Assembly (NCBI GenBank): GCA_018711135.1
Contig: DVIS01000046.1
Coordinates: forward strand, 1 to 59,895
Length of the DNA: 59,895 nt
DNA from: Candidatus Onthousia faecavium
GTDB taxonomy: Bacteria; Bacillota_I; Bacilli_A; RF39; UBA660
Reading direction: 5' to 3'
Shown here: piece by piece, positions 26,177-34,660 of the stretch
Position numbering within the stretch: the stretch's first letter is position 1
Layout of the letters: the number at the start of each line of letters is the position of its first letter
Program-made: the position numbers and the translations under genes
Notes under the pieces: model-generated
The model's input: the letters and a program-made list of their open reading frames with translations, nothing else
Told to the model about the DNA's origin: nothing
Databases searched by the model: none

Positions 26177-28376
26177 TTTCTAACTCCTCCTTTGATAGTT
26201 GACTTTCAGCTATTTCTTTATAGACAGAACAGTTTTTTAGTAATTCTTGATGAGTACCAATTCCTACAACTTTACCTTCATCTAAAACGACAATTTGATC
26301 TGCTTTTAAAATAGTATTAATACGTTGAGCCACAATAAAGATTGTAGAATCTTTAGCATAATTATATAAAGCTTTTCTTAATTCAAAATCAGTTTTAAAA
26401 TCTAAAGCAGAAAAACTATCATCAAAAATATAGATTTCTGGATTTTTTGCAATCGCTCTAGCAATAGATAAGCGCTGTTTTTGGCCTCCTGATACGTTAG
26501 TACCACCTTGACTAATTGGACTCTTATAGCCTTCTTTTTTACTTAAGATAAACTCTTCGGCTTGAGCAATTCTTGCTGCTTCTATCATTTTCTCATCAGA
26601 CATAGATTCATCACTATATTTGATATTTGATTCAATTGTTCCAGAGAATAAGACTCCTTTTTGTGGAACATAACCAATTTTATCATGTAAATCTTTTTGC
26701 AAAACATCTTTAACATTAATACCATCTACCAATATTTCTCCATTAGTAACATCATATAATCTTGGTATTAAATTAATTAAAGTTGATTTTCCACTACCAG
26801 TTGAACCAATAAAAGCAGTAGTTGTTCCTGGTTTCGCAGTAAAAGTTACATCAGTTATAACATCTTCATCACTATCAGGATATCTAAATGAAACATTTTT
26901 AAACTCTACTAAACCTTTAATTCTCCGACCAAATTCTTTTGGTTTTTCTGGATCTTTAATAGATTCATCAGTTTCTAATATTTCCATAATTCTATTAGCA
27001 GAAACATTAGCACGTGGTAACATAATAGAGAACATTGATATCATTAAGAATGACATAATTATTTGCATAGCATATTGAATAAAAGCTAGCATATCTCCAA
27101 CTTGTAATAGTCCATTATCAATAGCATGCGCTCCTTGCCAAATAATTAAAATACAAATACCATTCATGATTAACATCATTAAAGGCATCATTAAGTTCAT
27201 AACTCTATTAACAAAAAGGTTTGTTTTCTTTAAATTAATATTAGCATTACTAAATCTTTCTTCTTCATATTTTTGATTAGAGAAAGCTCTAATAACCGGA
27301 ATACCAGTAATAATTTCTCTTGTGACTTGATTTAATTTGTCAATAAGTTTTTGAACTTTCTTAAACTTAGGCATGGTTAAAGCAAATAATGTAAAGATTA
27401 CTACTAAAACTACGATTATTCCTAACCAAATAATATAAGTCATTGATGGAGCAGTAGCAAATACTTTTCTAACAGCACCAAAGGCAATAATTGGAGCATA
27501 AATGAATAATCTTAAAGTCATTATAATCATCATTTGTACTTGTTGAATATCATTGGTACTTCTAGTAATAAGTGAAGAAATACCAAATTGTTTATATTCA
27601 GCAGTTCCAAAGTTTAAGACTTTTGTAAATTCTTTCTTACGAACACGTTTTGATAATCCAGACCCTACTCTAGCTCCTAATAAAACGGTTAGAATAGTAG
27701 CAGTAACGCTAAGTAAAGATAATCCTAACATTTTAAGACCGGTAATAATGATGTAGTTAGTTTGAATACTATCAGTATCTAATCCTACCTCAATATATTC
27801 TAACTTTATTGCACTAACAGCACTTTGTGAAATGATACTATCAGGCATAGATGAGAATTGTTCATTAATATTGGCTCTCATTTCTTCAAGCTGTTCTATA
27901 GGTAAAAAAGCAATAACATCAATAATAGCTGCATCTTGCATTTCCAAAGGCATATCTTTTTTAATTTCATTTTGAATATTCTTTGCTTCTTCTTCATCAC
28001 TTGTAAGCATGAAATCGATTAAGATTGCTTTTTCTAAATCACTATTTAACTTATTTTCATCTTTGATAACATAAACTGGTTCTTCATCTAAAATATCATA
28101 ATCATATTGAGAACTCTTTTCTGTTACTAAATTATAATTAGCAAGTATTTCTTCCTTTGTATCTTGATCAACAAAAAGTAAGATTTCATTTAATTTAGAC
28201 TCTCTAATTACTTTAGGATTAGTCTCACTAATTCCTCCTTGTTGGACACCAACATTAATAATATTAGATGTATATCCAGGAATAGTTAAGTCACAGTTAG
28301 CTTGAACTACTAAAAGTAAAATAATTAGAATAACAGAAATTATATTATCTTTTAAATATCTAAATATTTTTAACAT
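26169..28376 (-). CDS. Heterodimeric multidrug-type ABC exporter, subunit 1 (with extracellular insertion)
   Basis: TMD plus NBD; GSTGSGKST, 'VSGGQKQRL', degenerate 'FDDSFSALD'. Confidence 0.92.
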   Translation of the reverse strand: MLKIFRYLKDNIISVILIILLLVVQANCDLTIPGYTSNIINVGVQQGGISETNPKVIRESKLNEILLFVDQDTKEEILANYNLVTEKSSQYDYDILDEEPVYVIKDENKLNSDLEKAILIDFMLTSDEEEAKNIQNEIKKDMPLEMQDAAIIDVIAFLPIEQLEEMRANINEQFSSMPDSIISQSAVSAIKLEYIEVGLDTDSIQTNYIIITGLKMLGLSLLSVTATILTVLLGARVGSGLSKRVRKKEFTKVLNFGTAEYKQFGISSLITRSTNDIQQVQMMIIMTLRLFIYAPIIAFGAVRKVFATAPSMTYIIWLGIIVVLVVIFTLFALTMPKFKKVQKLIDKLNQVTREIITGIPVIRAFSNQKYEEERFSNANINLKKTNLFVNRVMNLMMPLMMLIMNGICILIIWQGAHAIDNGLLQVGDMLAFIQYAMQIIMSFLMISMFSIMLPRANVSANRIMEILETDESIKDPEKPKEFGRRIKGLVEFKNVSFRYPDSDEDVITDVTFTAKPGTTTAFIGSTGSGKSTLINLIPRLYDVTNGEILVDGINVKDVLQKDLHDKIGYVPQKGVLFSGTIESNIKYSDESMSDEKMIEAARIAQAEEFILSKKEGYKSPISQGGTNVSGGQKQRLSIARAIAKNPEIYIFDDSFSALDFKTDFELRKALYNYAKDSTIFIVAQRINTILKADQIVVLDEGKVVGIGTHQELLKNCSVYKEIAESQLSKEELENA

Positions 28377-28987
28377 TCTTTCTCCTCCTCTTTAAGACAT
28401 CCATACTTTAATATTTCTAGTTGTGCATAATAGTCATTAAGTATATCTTGATTAAGTATATCTTCTTTGAGTAATTTAAATAGTGCTATCATTAAAAGAT
28501 GCATATTAATCGCAAAAATAAGTTCAAGATGTCTTTTTGCAGTATCAGTTAATTTTTCTAAATTGATGTTAGGAATTAGTTTCTTTAAGAGTCTTTTATC
28601 TCGAAAACCAAAGGTTCTTTTTGACTCTTCCATAATAGTGATATTTTCAAGTGACTTTTTAAAGAAATTGATATTGGTATTTTTAAAAGCTTTGTAACAG
28701 TTACTGATAGTATCATAAAACATTTTAAATATATCACCATCATTTTTAATTAAAGCCTCCATCATGGTCTCTTCAAGAATCTTTCCATGTCTTTCCAATA
28801 AATAAAAGTACAAGTCTTTTTTATCTTCAAAATACATATAAAAGCTTCCTCTAGAAATACCAGCTTCCTTAATAATTCTATTAATTGAAGCTTCATTAAA
28901 GTCATGACTAGAAAACTCATTAAAACTAGCATTAAGTAGTTTATCTTTCTTTTCTTTACTAAGTCTTAAAAAGGTATCACTAGGCAT
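28370..28987 (-). CDS. TetR/AcrR-family transcriptional regulator
   Basis: 'LLNASFNEFS...ASINRIIKEAGISRGSFYMYFEDKKDLY'. Confidence 0.93.
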   Translation of the reverse strand: MPSDTFLRLSKEKKDKLLNASFNEFSSHDFNEASINRIIKEAGISRGSFYMYFEDKKDLYFYLLERHGKILEETMMEALIKNDGDIFKMFYDTISNCYKAFKNTNINFFKKSLENITIMEESKRTFGFRDKRLLKKLIPNINLEKLTDTAKRHLELIFAINMHLLMIALFKLLKEDILNQDILNDYYAQLEILKYGCLKEEEKEC

Positions 28988-29015
28988 AAGTATCCCTCCT
29001 AACAGTCACTATAAC

Positions 29016-29044
29016 ATTATATGTGACAAGTTGTCATATGTCAA
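29016..29044 (-). promoter_or_regulatory. Consensus SigA promoter with a palindromic TetR operator in the spacer
   Basis: TTGACA-N17-TATAAT; palindrome TGACAA-N-TTGTCA at 29024-29036 inside the spacer. Confidence 0.85.
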
Positions 29045-29094
29045 CAAAAAATTACAAAAAAAGAATAGAACTGTTTTCTACTCTCCTATAATAA

Positions 29095-30864
29095 CTACTG
29101 TAAATTAACTAAAGTAACCCTAAATGTTAAACCATAAGCTGCTATTCCATTATCATCATAATTATCAAAATAAAATATTCCTCCCTGTATAGAACTAATA
29201 AATGCTCCTCCCCGTCCTTGCCAAGCATTATTTGCATCGACTAGTTCTTTTATATCATTATACCAACCCCAATTCTCTCCTAAACCATGAGAAATACAAG
29301 CATTACCACTGCATGAGGTTAGAACATCATCACTTGTATATTTATCATAATATTTAGATTCAGGCATTGTTTCAAAACCAGAGTTTTCCACTAAGCCATT
29401 ATAATTTGCCATTACAAGTTCAAAAGCTCCACCACTCATATCATATACTCCATATATCGTTCCTGTGGTACTTGCTCCTGTTCCATTAATATCTACATCA
29501 TAAGTATATTGACATCCATAATCAGCAGAAGTTCCCCCACTAGGTGCCCCCAAACTACATCCTGTTATTATCTCATCCGATTTATTTTGATACACCTCTT
29601 TATTAGCTCCAGTAAAATTAACATTACCTAACTTTCCATACTTAGATTGAGATAGGTATGTAATAATAGCCCATTCACTATTTTTTATCATATGCGTATC
29701 TACATCAGTACTAAAACCATACCGATTACCAGGATTATTCATTTTTAAACTAACTTGAAACATAGTAGCAACATTAATATTATCCCAACTAGATACATTA
29801 GGTTTAATCATAACATCTAAATTCATAGAGTCAATACCACTTTCTAAAGCTTCAATATTACTACTTGAAGATTCAAACTTACCAACCCAAATTCCTGATA
29901 ACTCTTTTCCATCAAAGGTAAAAGCATCTGGAGTATACCAATCATCAGCACCTATTCCTTCACTTACAAGATATTTGGCTGTTCCTTTATCTTTAACATT
30001 TGGTTCTATAAACTTTATATCTATTTCTCCTGGTAATTCTTGAGTTGGCATTGTTGTTAAAAAATTCCCTTGCTTTCCATAGTAATTAATACCATCTTCA
30101 CTTCCAATACTGTAACTATATCTTGGTATCCATACCCACATAGTTTCAATATCATCCATCGAAATTACAGTGCCAATATCTGCTTCTAAATATGTATCTC
30201 TAGTTGAACTGCTTACTGTTACTGCATTAGCCCATTCGCCTTTATCATAGTTATACCAGTTTGCCTCATCAGTCTTTACCCAATTATTATTCTCATAAAT
30301 AACAGGAATCATATTATTATCTAATTCTGGAGTATTAACTGTAAAAATCTCTTCAAATAAATTTCCGTTACTTGGTAAAGCTAAATCATTATAGTCTAAT
30401 CCGACCTCAACTCCTAAATTGATAACAATTTGCTCATTATTATTATTAATGACCTTTAATTGATAAATTTGACTTGCACCAATTCCTTCTTTTTCAAGAT
30501 TTACTCCAGTTTCTTCTGGAGGAATATTAAAGTCTTTAATCTTTAAATACCCCATTTCAATATTTTCAAATATTGGAGTTATATAATAGAAATTAAATCT
30601 TGCTAAACGATTATTAGGATTACTTAAAGTAATCGTAAAAGTTTTTTCTTCATTTGGACCAACAACTAGTTCATCAGTACTAACTCCATCTACTTTCAAA
30701 TCATAACTTAATGTCCCTGTCACAATACTTATCGCATTATTCTTTTCTTTAGTTACAGTAAACATCGCATAAGAAAAGTAACTTGTTAATAGTAATAAGG
30801 TTATTAAAATTACACTTATTATATATATTTTTGATACTTTAGTATTTAATAATAGTCTTTTCAT
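29095..30864 (-). CDS. Exported/surface protein: shared TasA/SipW-type N-terminal module plus FGE-sulfatase-like (C-type lectin fold) C-terminal region
   Basis: N-terminus paralogous to 7621..9477. 'MWVWIPRY', 'GIWVGKFE', 'HM.KNSEW....YL.QS.YG', 'GT.YGVYDMSGG..E.V', 'RGG...G.F...G...FRV'. Confidence 0.65.
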   Translation of the reverse strand: MKRLLLNTKVSKIYIISVILITLLLLTSYFSYAMFTVTKEKNNAISIVTGTLSYDLKVDGVSTDELVVGPNEEKTFTITLSNPNNRLARFNFYYITPIFENIEMGYLKIKDFNIPPEETGVNLEKEGIGASQIYQLKVINNNNEQIVINLGVEVGLDYNDLALPSNGNLFEEIFTVNTPELDNNMIPVIYENNNWVKTDEANWYNYDKGEWANAVTVSSSTRDTYLEADIGTVISMDDIETMWVWIPRYSYSIGSEDGINYYGKQGNFLTTMPTQELPGEIDIKFIEPNVKDKGTAKYLVSEGIGADDWYTPDAFTFDGKELSGIWVGKFESSSSNIEALESGIDSMNLDVMIKPNVSSWDNINVATMFQVSLKMNNPGNRYGFSTDVDTHMIKNSEWAIITYLSQSKYGKLGNVNFTGANKEVYQNKSDEIITGCSLGAPSGGTSADYGCQYTYDVDINGTGASTTGTIYGVYDMSGGAFELVMANYNGLVENSGFETMPESKYYDKYTSDDVLTSCSGNACISHGLGENWGWYNDIKELVDANNAWQGRGGAFISSIQGGIFYFDNYDDNGIAAYGLTFRVTLVNLQ

Positions 30865-30892
30865 CTCTTTCTCCTTTCATTTAACCATAAAA

Positions 30893-30920
30893 AAGAACAG
30901 AATCCTTCTATCCTGTTCTT
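30893..30920 (-). terminator. Leader intrinsic terminator (putative attenuator) upstream of the 589-aa gene
   Basis: Minus strand AAGAACAGGAT-AGAAGG-ATTCTGTTCTT followed by TTTT (11 pairs including one G-U), about 28 nt before the main ATG. Confidence 0.75.
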
Positions 30921-30950
30921 ATTCCACGATTAAAGAAAGTACTTAAGCTT

Positions 30951-31055
30951 CTAAAGTACCCCCCCCCAGGTAACTTCTTGTAAACGGGTGTTAGTATAAA
31001 TTTGGTACACCAATTCTTTAGGATATACCATCATCTTTATTCCCTTCATCTTCAT
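30951..31055 (-). CDS. Putative poly-G leader peptide, out-of-frame state (G9)
   Basis: MKMKGIKMMVYPKELVYQIYTNTRLQEVTWGGVL*; C9 on + at 30959-30967. With G8 or G11 it would read ...YFRSLSTFFNRGIRTG* and stop at 30908-30910 inside the hairpin. Confidence 0.6.
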   Translation of the reverse strand: MKMKGIKMMVYPKELVYQIYTNTRLQEVTWGGVL

Positions 31056-31137
31056 TACTTCCTTCCTATCTTCTATTAAAGAATAGCATAATTAACTAAT
31101 ATCTGTCTAGCTAATAAAGAAAAAATAAACTTTTTCA

Positions 31138-31450
31138 CTCCTTGTTATCCCAAAGCCCTAATTTCAAGATAAAATATATTCTATTCTCCATAAGCTTGAA
31201 TTTCACTAAAAACAATAAACACTATTTTTTCACTATTCATTTTAATCTTAAACATCATTTAATACTTTCAAATCTTTATTTACATAAGTAGGAAAATTTC
31301 TTAAAGCTATTATTCTCTTGATAATCTAAAAATAGTTATAAACAAATCTAACACAACCAAAAGTTTTTATGAATTAATAGTTTTTGATTACCTGTTGGAT
31401 ATAGTCTAAACTTATATACTTTATATGCTTCCACTTTGATACCTCCCCTG
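31138..31450 (-). mobile_element. Non-autonomous internal-deletion derivative (MITE-like) of a tnpB element
   Basis: GTG at 31434 gives VEAYKVYKFRLYPTGNQKLLIHK/TFGCVRFVYNYF (TnpB N-terminal helix, frameshifted). It joins directly to 3'-end sequence homologous to 59108-59240. Confidence 0.8.
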
Positions 31451-31526
31451 ATGTAATCAGCTTAACATATAGAACAATAGCTTACTAATAATTTTTTGAT
31501 TTTTTAAACGCACTTTCCTTATATAC

Positions 31527-31558
31527 AAAAAAAGTCCAAAGAAACGTCTTGGACTTAC
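31527..31558 (-). terminator. Intrinsic terminator after the putative 6S RNA
   Basis: AAGTCCAAG...TTTGGACTT followed by a T run on the minus strand. Confidence 0.7.
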
Positions 31559-31715
31559 GATAAAACCTATACTTATGTACAGGTGGGTGTATATAGTCAG
31601 TTCTCAGGATCCCTATCCAGTGGAAAGGTCTTCAACACAAACATGACAATCATCAATACTCCCGTATCGTTAATTTAGTCGGTTTTATACTAAGATGTCC
31701 TATACGTTTTCTTTA
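31558..31715 (-). ncRNA. ssrS: Probable 6S RNA
   Basis: Closing stem ATAAAACC/GGTTTTAT. Internal 'CGGGAG...TTGAAG...GAGAACTG...CACCCACCTG...GTATAGGTT' resembles Firmicute 6S RNA. Extended -10 near 31725-31730 and a downstream terminator. Ends approximate. Confidence 0.6.
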
Positions 31716-31746
31716 GACATTTATAGTATATCATACTATATGATAA

Positions 31747-33054
31747 TTATTCAATTACTTTTCGGAAATTTTCAATTAAATGACTAACTGTAGCACAACC
31801 CATGAACGCTACAACTCCATCTTTATAAGGAATAAGTTTAGATATAGTATCTTCATCTATTAGTTCGCTATTAGGCACTAAAGAAACAATATCTTCTGAT
31901 TTAATAGGTGGATAATCTTCTTTTTTCTCTCTATCACACAAAATTGGGGTAATAAAGGCTTTGTCAGCTTCTCTTAATACCTCCGCAAATTCCTTTTTAA
32001 AAGCAGATGTTCTTGAATAAGTATTAGGCCGAAAAACAACTGTTAATTTTTTATCGGGATATTTTTGTTTAATTGCTTCTAAAGTCACCTTTATTTCAGT
32101 TGGATGATGAGCATAATCATCGATTATAATCGTCTTTCCTATTTTAGTTTCCGCAAATCTTCTAGCAGCATTATGAAAACTTGTTAATGAGGTCTTTATT
32201 GTAGTAACATCTAAATTCTTGTTTAATGCTTCAATAATACTAGCGGCAGCATTTAAAACCATATGTTTACCATATAAAGGTATCATAAAACTACCAATAA
32301 ACGTTTCTTTTTTATATAAATCAAAGTAAGAACCTGATGTTTCTAATTTCATATTTCTTATAATATAATCATTATCTTCATTTTCACCATAGAAAATAAC
32401 TTTCTTCGTAAAGTTAATCGCTCTAATATTCTTATCATCACCATTTGCAATAACAAGCTCGGCTTTATTAGCAAACTTTTCAAAAGTTCTAATAGTGTCT
32501 TCTAAATCTTTATAGATTTCTGTATGTTCTAACTCAATACAAGTTATAATAGCAGTCTTAGGGTGATAAGCAAGAAAATGGCGATTAAATTCATCTGATT
32601 CAATTACTAATAGATCATTTTTCATCTCAATATGACCAGTACCATCACCTATAAAATAGTTACAACCAATCGTCTTTTCAAATAGGTGTTTTAATAAAGA
32701 GGTAGTTGTTGTTTTCCCATGTGTTCCACAAACAGAGATAGTATTAAACTTTGCAGTAATATCTCCTACTACCTCATTATATGGTTTAATCGTAAGACCT
32801 AGTTCCTTTACTCTTTTAATCTCTCTATGGTCTTCACTAAAAGCCTTAGAATAAGTAACAATTGTATCTTTATCTAAAGGATGTTCATTATCATAGAATA
32901 TTTTTATTCCTCTATCTTTTAAACCCTTTTCCGTAAATTTATAATCTTTAGCATCATCATAACCACTAACACTATTTCCCATATCATATAACATTTGGGC
33001 TAACGTACTCATTCCTGTTCCTTTAATTCCTATACAATAGTATTTCATAATCAT
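31747..33054 (-). CDS. murC: UDP-N-acetylmuramate--L-alanine ligase
   Basis: 'IGIKGTGMS.LA', 'GTHGKTTTTS', 'ESDEF', 'DDYAHHPTEI', 'VFRPNTYSRT'. Confidence 0.95.
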   Translation of the reverse strand: MIMKYYCIGIKGTGMSTLAQMLYDMGNSVSGYDDAKDYKFTEKGLKDRGIKIFYDNEHPLDKDTIVTYSKAFSEDHREIKRVKELGLTIKPYNEVVGDITAKFNTISVCGTHGKTTTTSLLKHLFEKTIGCNYFIGDGTGHIEMKNDLLVIESDEFNRHFLAYHPKTAIITCIELEHTEIYKDLEDTIRTFEKFANKAELVIANGDDKNIRAINFTKKVIFYGENEDNDYIIRNMKLETSGSYFDLYKKETFIGSFMIPLYGKHMVLNAAASIIEALNKNLDVTTIKTSLTSFHNAARRFAETKIGKTIIIDDYAHHPTEIKVTLEAIKQKYPDKKLTVVFRPNTYSRTSAFKKEFAEVLREADKAFITPILCDREKKEDYPPIKSEDIVSLVPNSELIDEDTISKLIPYKDGVVAFMGCATVSHLIENFRKVIE

Positions 33055-33159
33055 ACTCCTTCTTTCTTCATATTATAGCTTATGTATTTTATATTTTCAA
33101 ATATACGGTTTCTTCTTTACAGACTTTGACATCTAAGTTATGATAAGATTGGTGATTTT

Positions 33160-34056
33160 ATGGAAGAATTATATACATCTTGTAAGTTATGTCCTAGAAA
33201 ATGTGCGATTAATAGGAGAATAAGAACTGGAGTTTGTGGTAGTTCTAATACGGTTAAAGTAGCAAGAGCATCCCTTCATTATTTTGAGGAGCCTTCTATT
33301 TCTGGAGTTAATGGTAGTGGTACAATCTTTTTTAGTGGTTGTAATTTAAAATGCTGCTATTGTCAAAATAAGGATATTTCCGGGGAAAACTTTGGTAGAG
33401 AAATAACAATTGAAAGACTTGCAGAAATAATGTTAGAACTGCAAAGTAAAAAAGCTCATAATATTAATCTTGTTACCCCTACCCACTTTGTACCTAGTAT
33501 TATTGAAGCGATTAAGTTAGCGAAAGAGAAAGGCTTAAATATACCTATTGTTTATAATACTAGTGGTTATGAAGATGTTCTGACTTTAAAATTACTTGCT
33601 CCATATATTGATATTTATTTAACAGATTTTAAATATTTTAGTAATGACTTAGGGGAAAAGTTTTCTAAGTGTTCTAATTACTTTAATATTGCTAGCAAGG
33701 CCTTAGATGAAATGTATAGACAGACAGGAAAGAATAAATTTAATAAAGATGGCTTAATGACAAAGGGTATTCTTGTCAGATGTTTAATTTTACCAACGCT
33801 TAGTGATGATACGAAAAAAATAATTGAATATGTATATAAAAAATACCAAGATAATGTCTATCTTAGTATTATGAATCAATATACACCAGTTACATATAAT
33901 AAGGATTATCCTTTTTTAAATCAGACTTTAAGTGCTACTGAATATGATGAGGTAGTAGATTATGCTGTTGATCTAGGAATTAAAAATGCTTATATTCAAG
34001 AAGGAGAAACTTGTAGTGAATCTTTTATTCCGCCTTTTGATCTTGAAGGTGTTTAA
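33160..34056 (+). CDS. Radical SAM protein (PflX-like)
   Basis: 'CKLCPRKC', CxxxCxxC motif 'GCNLKCCYCQN', 'HNINLVTPTH'. Confidence 0.9.
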   Translation: MEELYTSCKLCPRKCAINRRIRTGVCGSSNTVKVARASLHYFEEPSISGVNGSGTIFFSGCNLKCCYCQNKDISGENFGREITIERLAEIMLELQSKKAHNINLVTPTHFVPSIIEAIKLAKEKGLNIPIVYNTSGYEDVLTLKLLAPYIDIYLTDFKYFSNDLGEKFSKCSNYFNIASKALDEMYRQTGKNKFNKDGLMTKGILVRCLILPTLSDDTKKIIEYVYKKYQDNVYLSIMNQYTPVTYNKDYPFLNQTLSATEYDEVVDYAVDLGIKNAYIQEGETCSESFIPPFDLEGV

Positions 34057-34651
34057 GTCTTTCTACTTTTGAATAGATACAACCACAATAGTCTTGACGA
34101 TATAAATTATAAAGATGTGATAATTCGATACTACGCTTATAACCATTTTTCTTTTTAAAGTCAGCATATAAGTAATTTATATGATACTTAGAAGCTAGCT
34201 CTTCCCCTATTTCATTTAACCATTTACTATTTTTATAAGGGCTTATTGATAAAGTAGTCGTAAAGTAGTCAAAATTATTTTCTTTAGCAATTTTAGCTGT
34301 TTCTTCAAGTCTTAATCTATAACATTTATAACATCTAATATCTCCTTCTTTTTTATCTTCTAAACCAGAAGCCATTTCAAGAAATTTATCTTTATCATAG
34401 TTGCAGTCTAGTAGTTTTATATCATAGCCAACTAAGGTGATGAATTTTTCTAATTCATCTTTTCTTTTTAAGTATTCTTGATAATCAGTTATATTAGGGT
34501 TATAAAATAAAATAGTAATGTTGAAGTATTTAGCAATTTTTTCTAAGACACTAGATGAACAAGGAGCACAACAAGCATGTAGTAACAAGGATGATTTATT
34601 ATTTAAATCAATACTAGCTAATATTTTTTCACATTCCAAATTATAGTTCAT
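34025..34651 (-). CDS. queH: Epoxyqueuosine reductase QueH
   Basis: 'LLLHACCAPCS', 'FYNPNI', 'RCYKCY..RL', 'YRQDYCGC.YS'. Confidence 0.93.
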   Translation of the reverse strand: MNYNLECEKILASIDLNNKSSLLLHACCAPCSSSVLEKIAKYFNITILFYNPNITDYQEYLKRKDELEKFITLVGYDIKLLDCNYDKDKFLEMASGLEDKKEGDIRCYKCYRLRLEETAKIAKENNFDYFTTTLSISPYKNSKWLNEIGEELASKYHINYLYADFKKKNGYKRSIELSHLYNLYRQDYCGCIYSKVERLKHLQDQKAE

Positions 34652-34660
34652 AACTACCTC

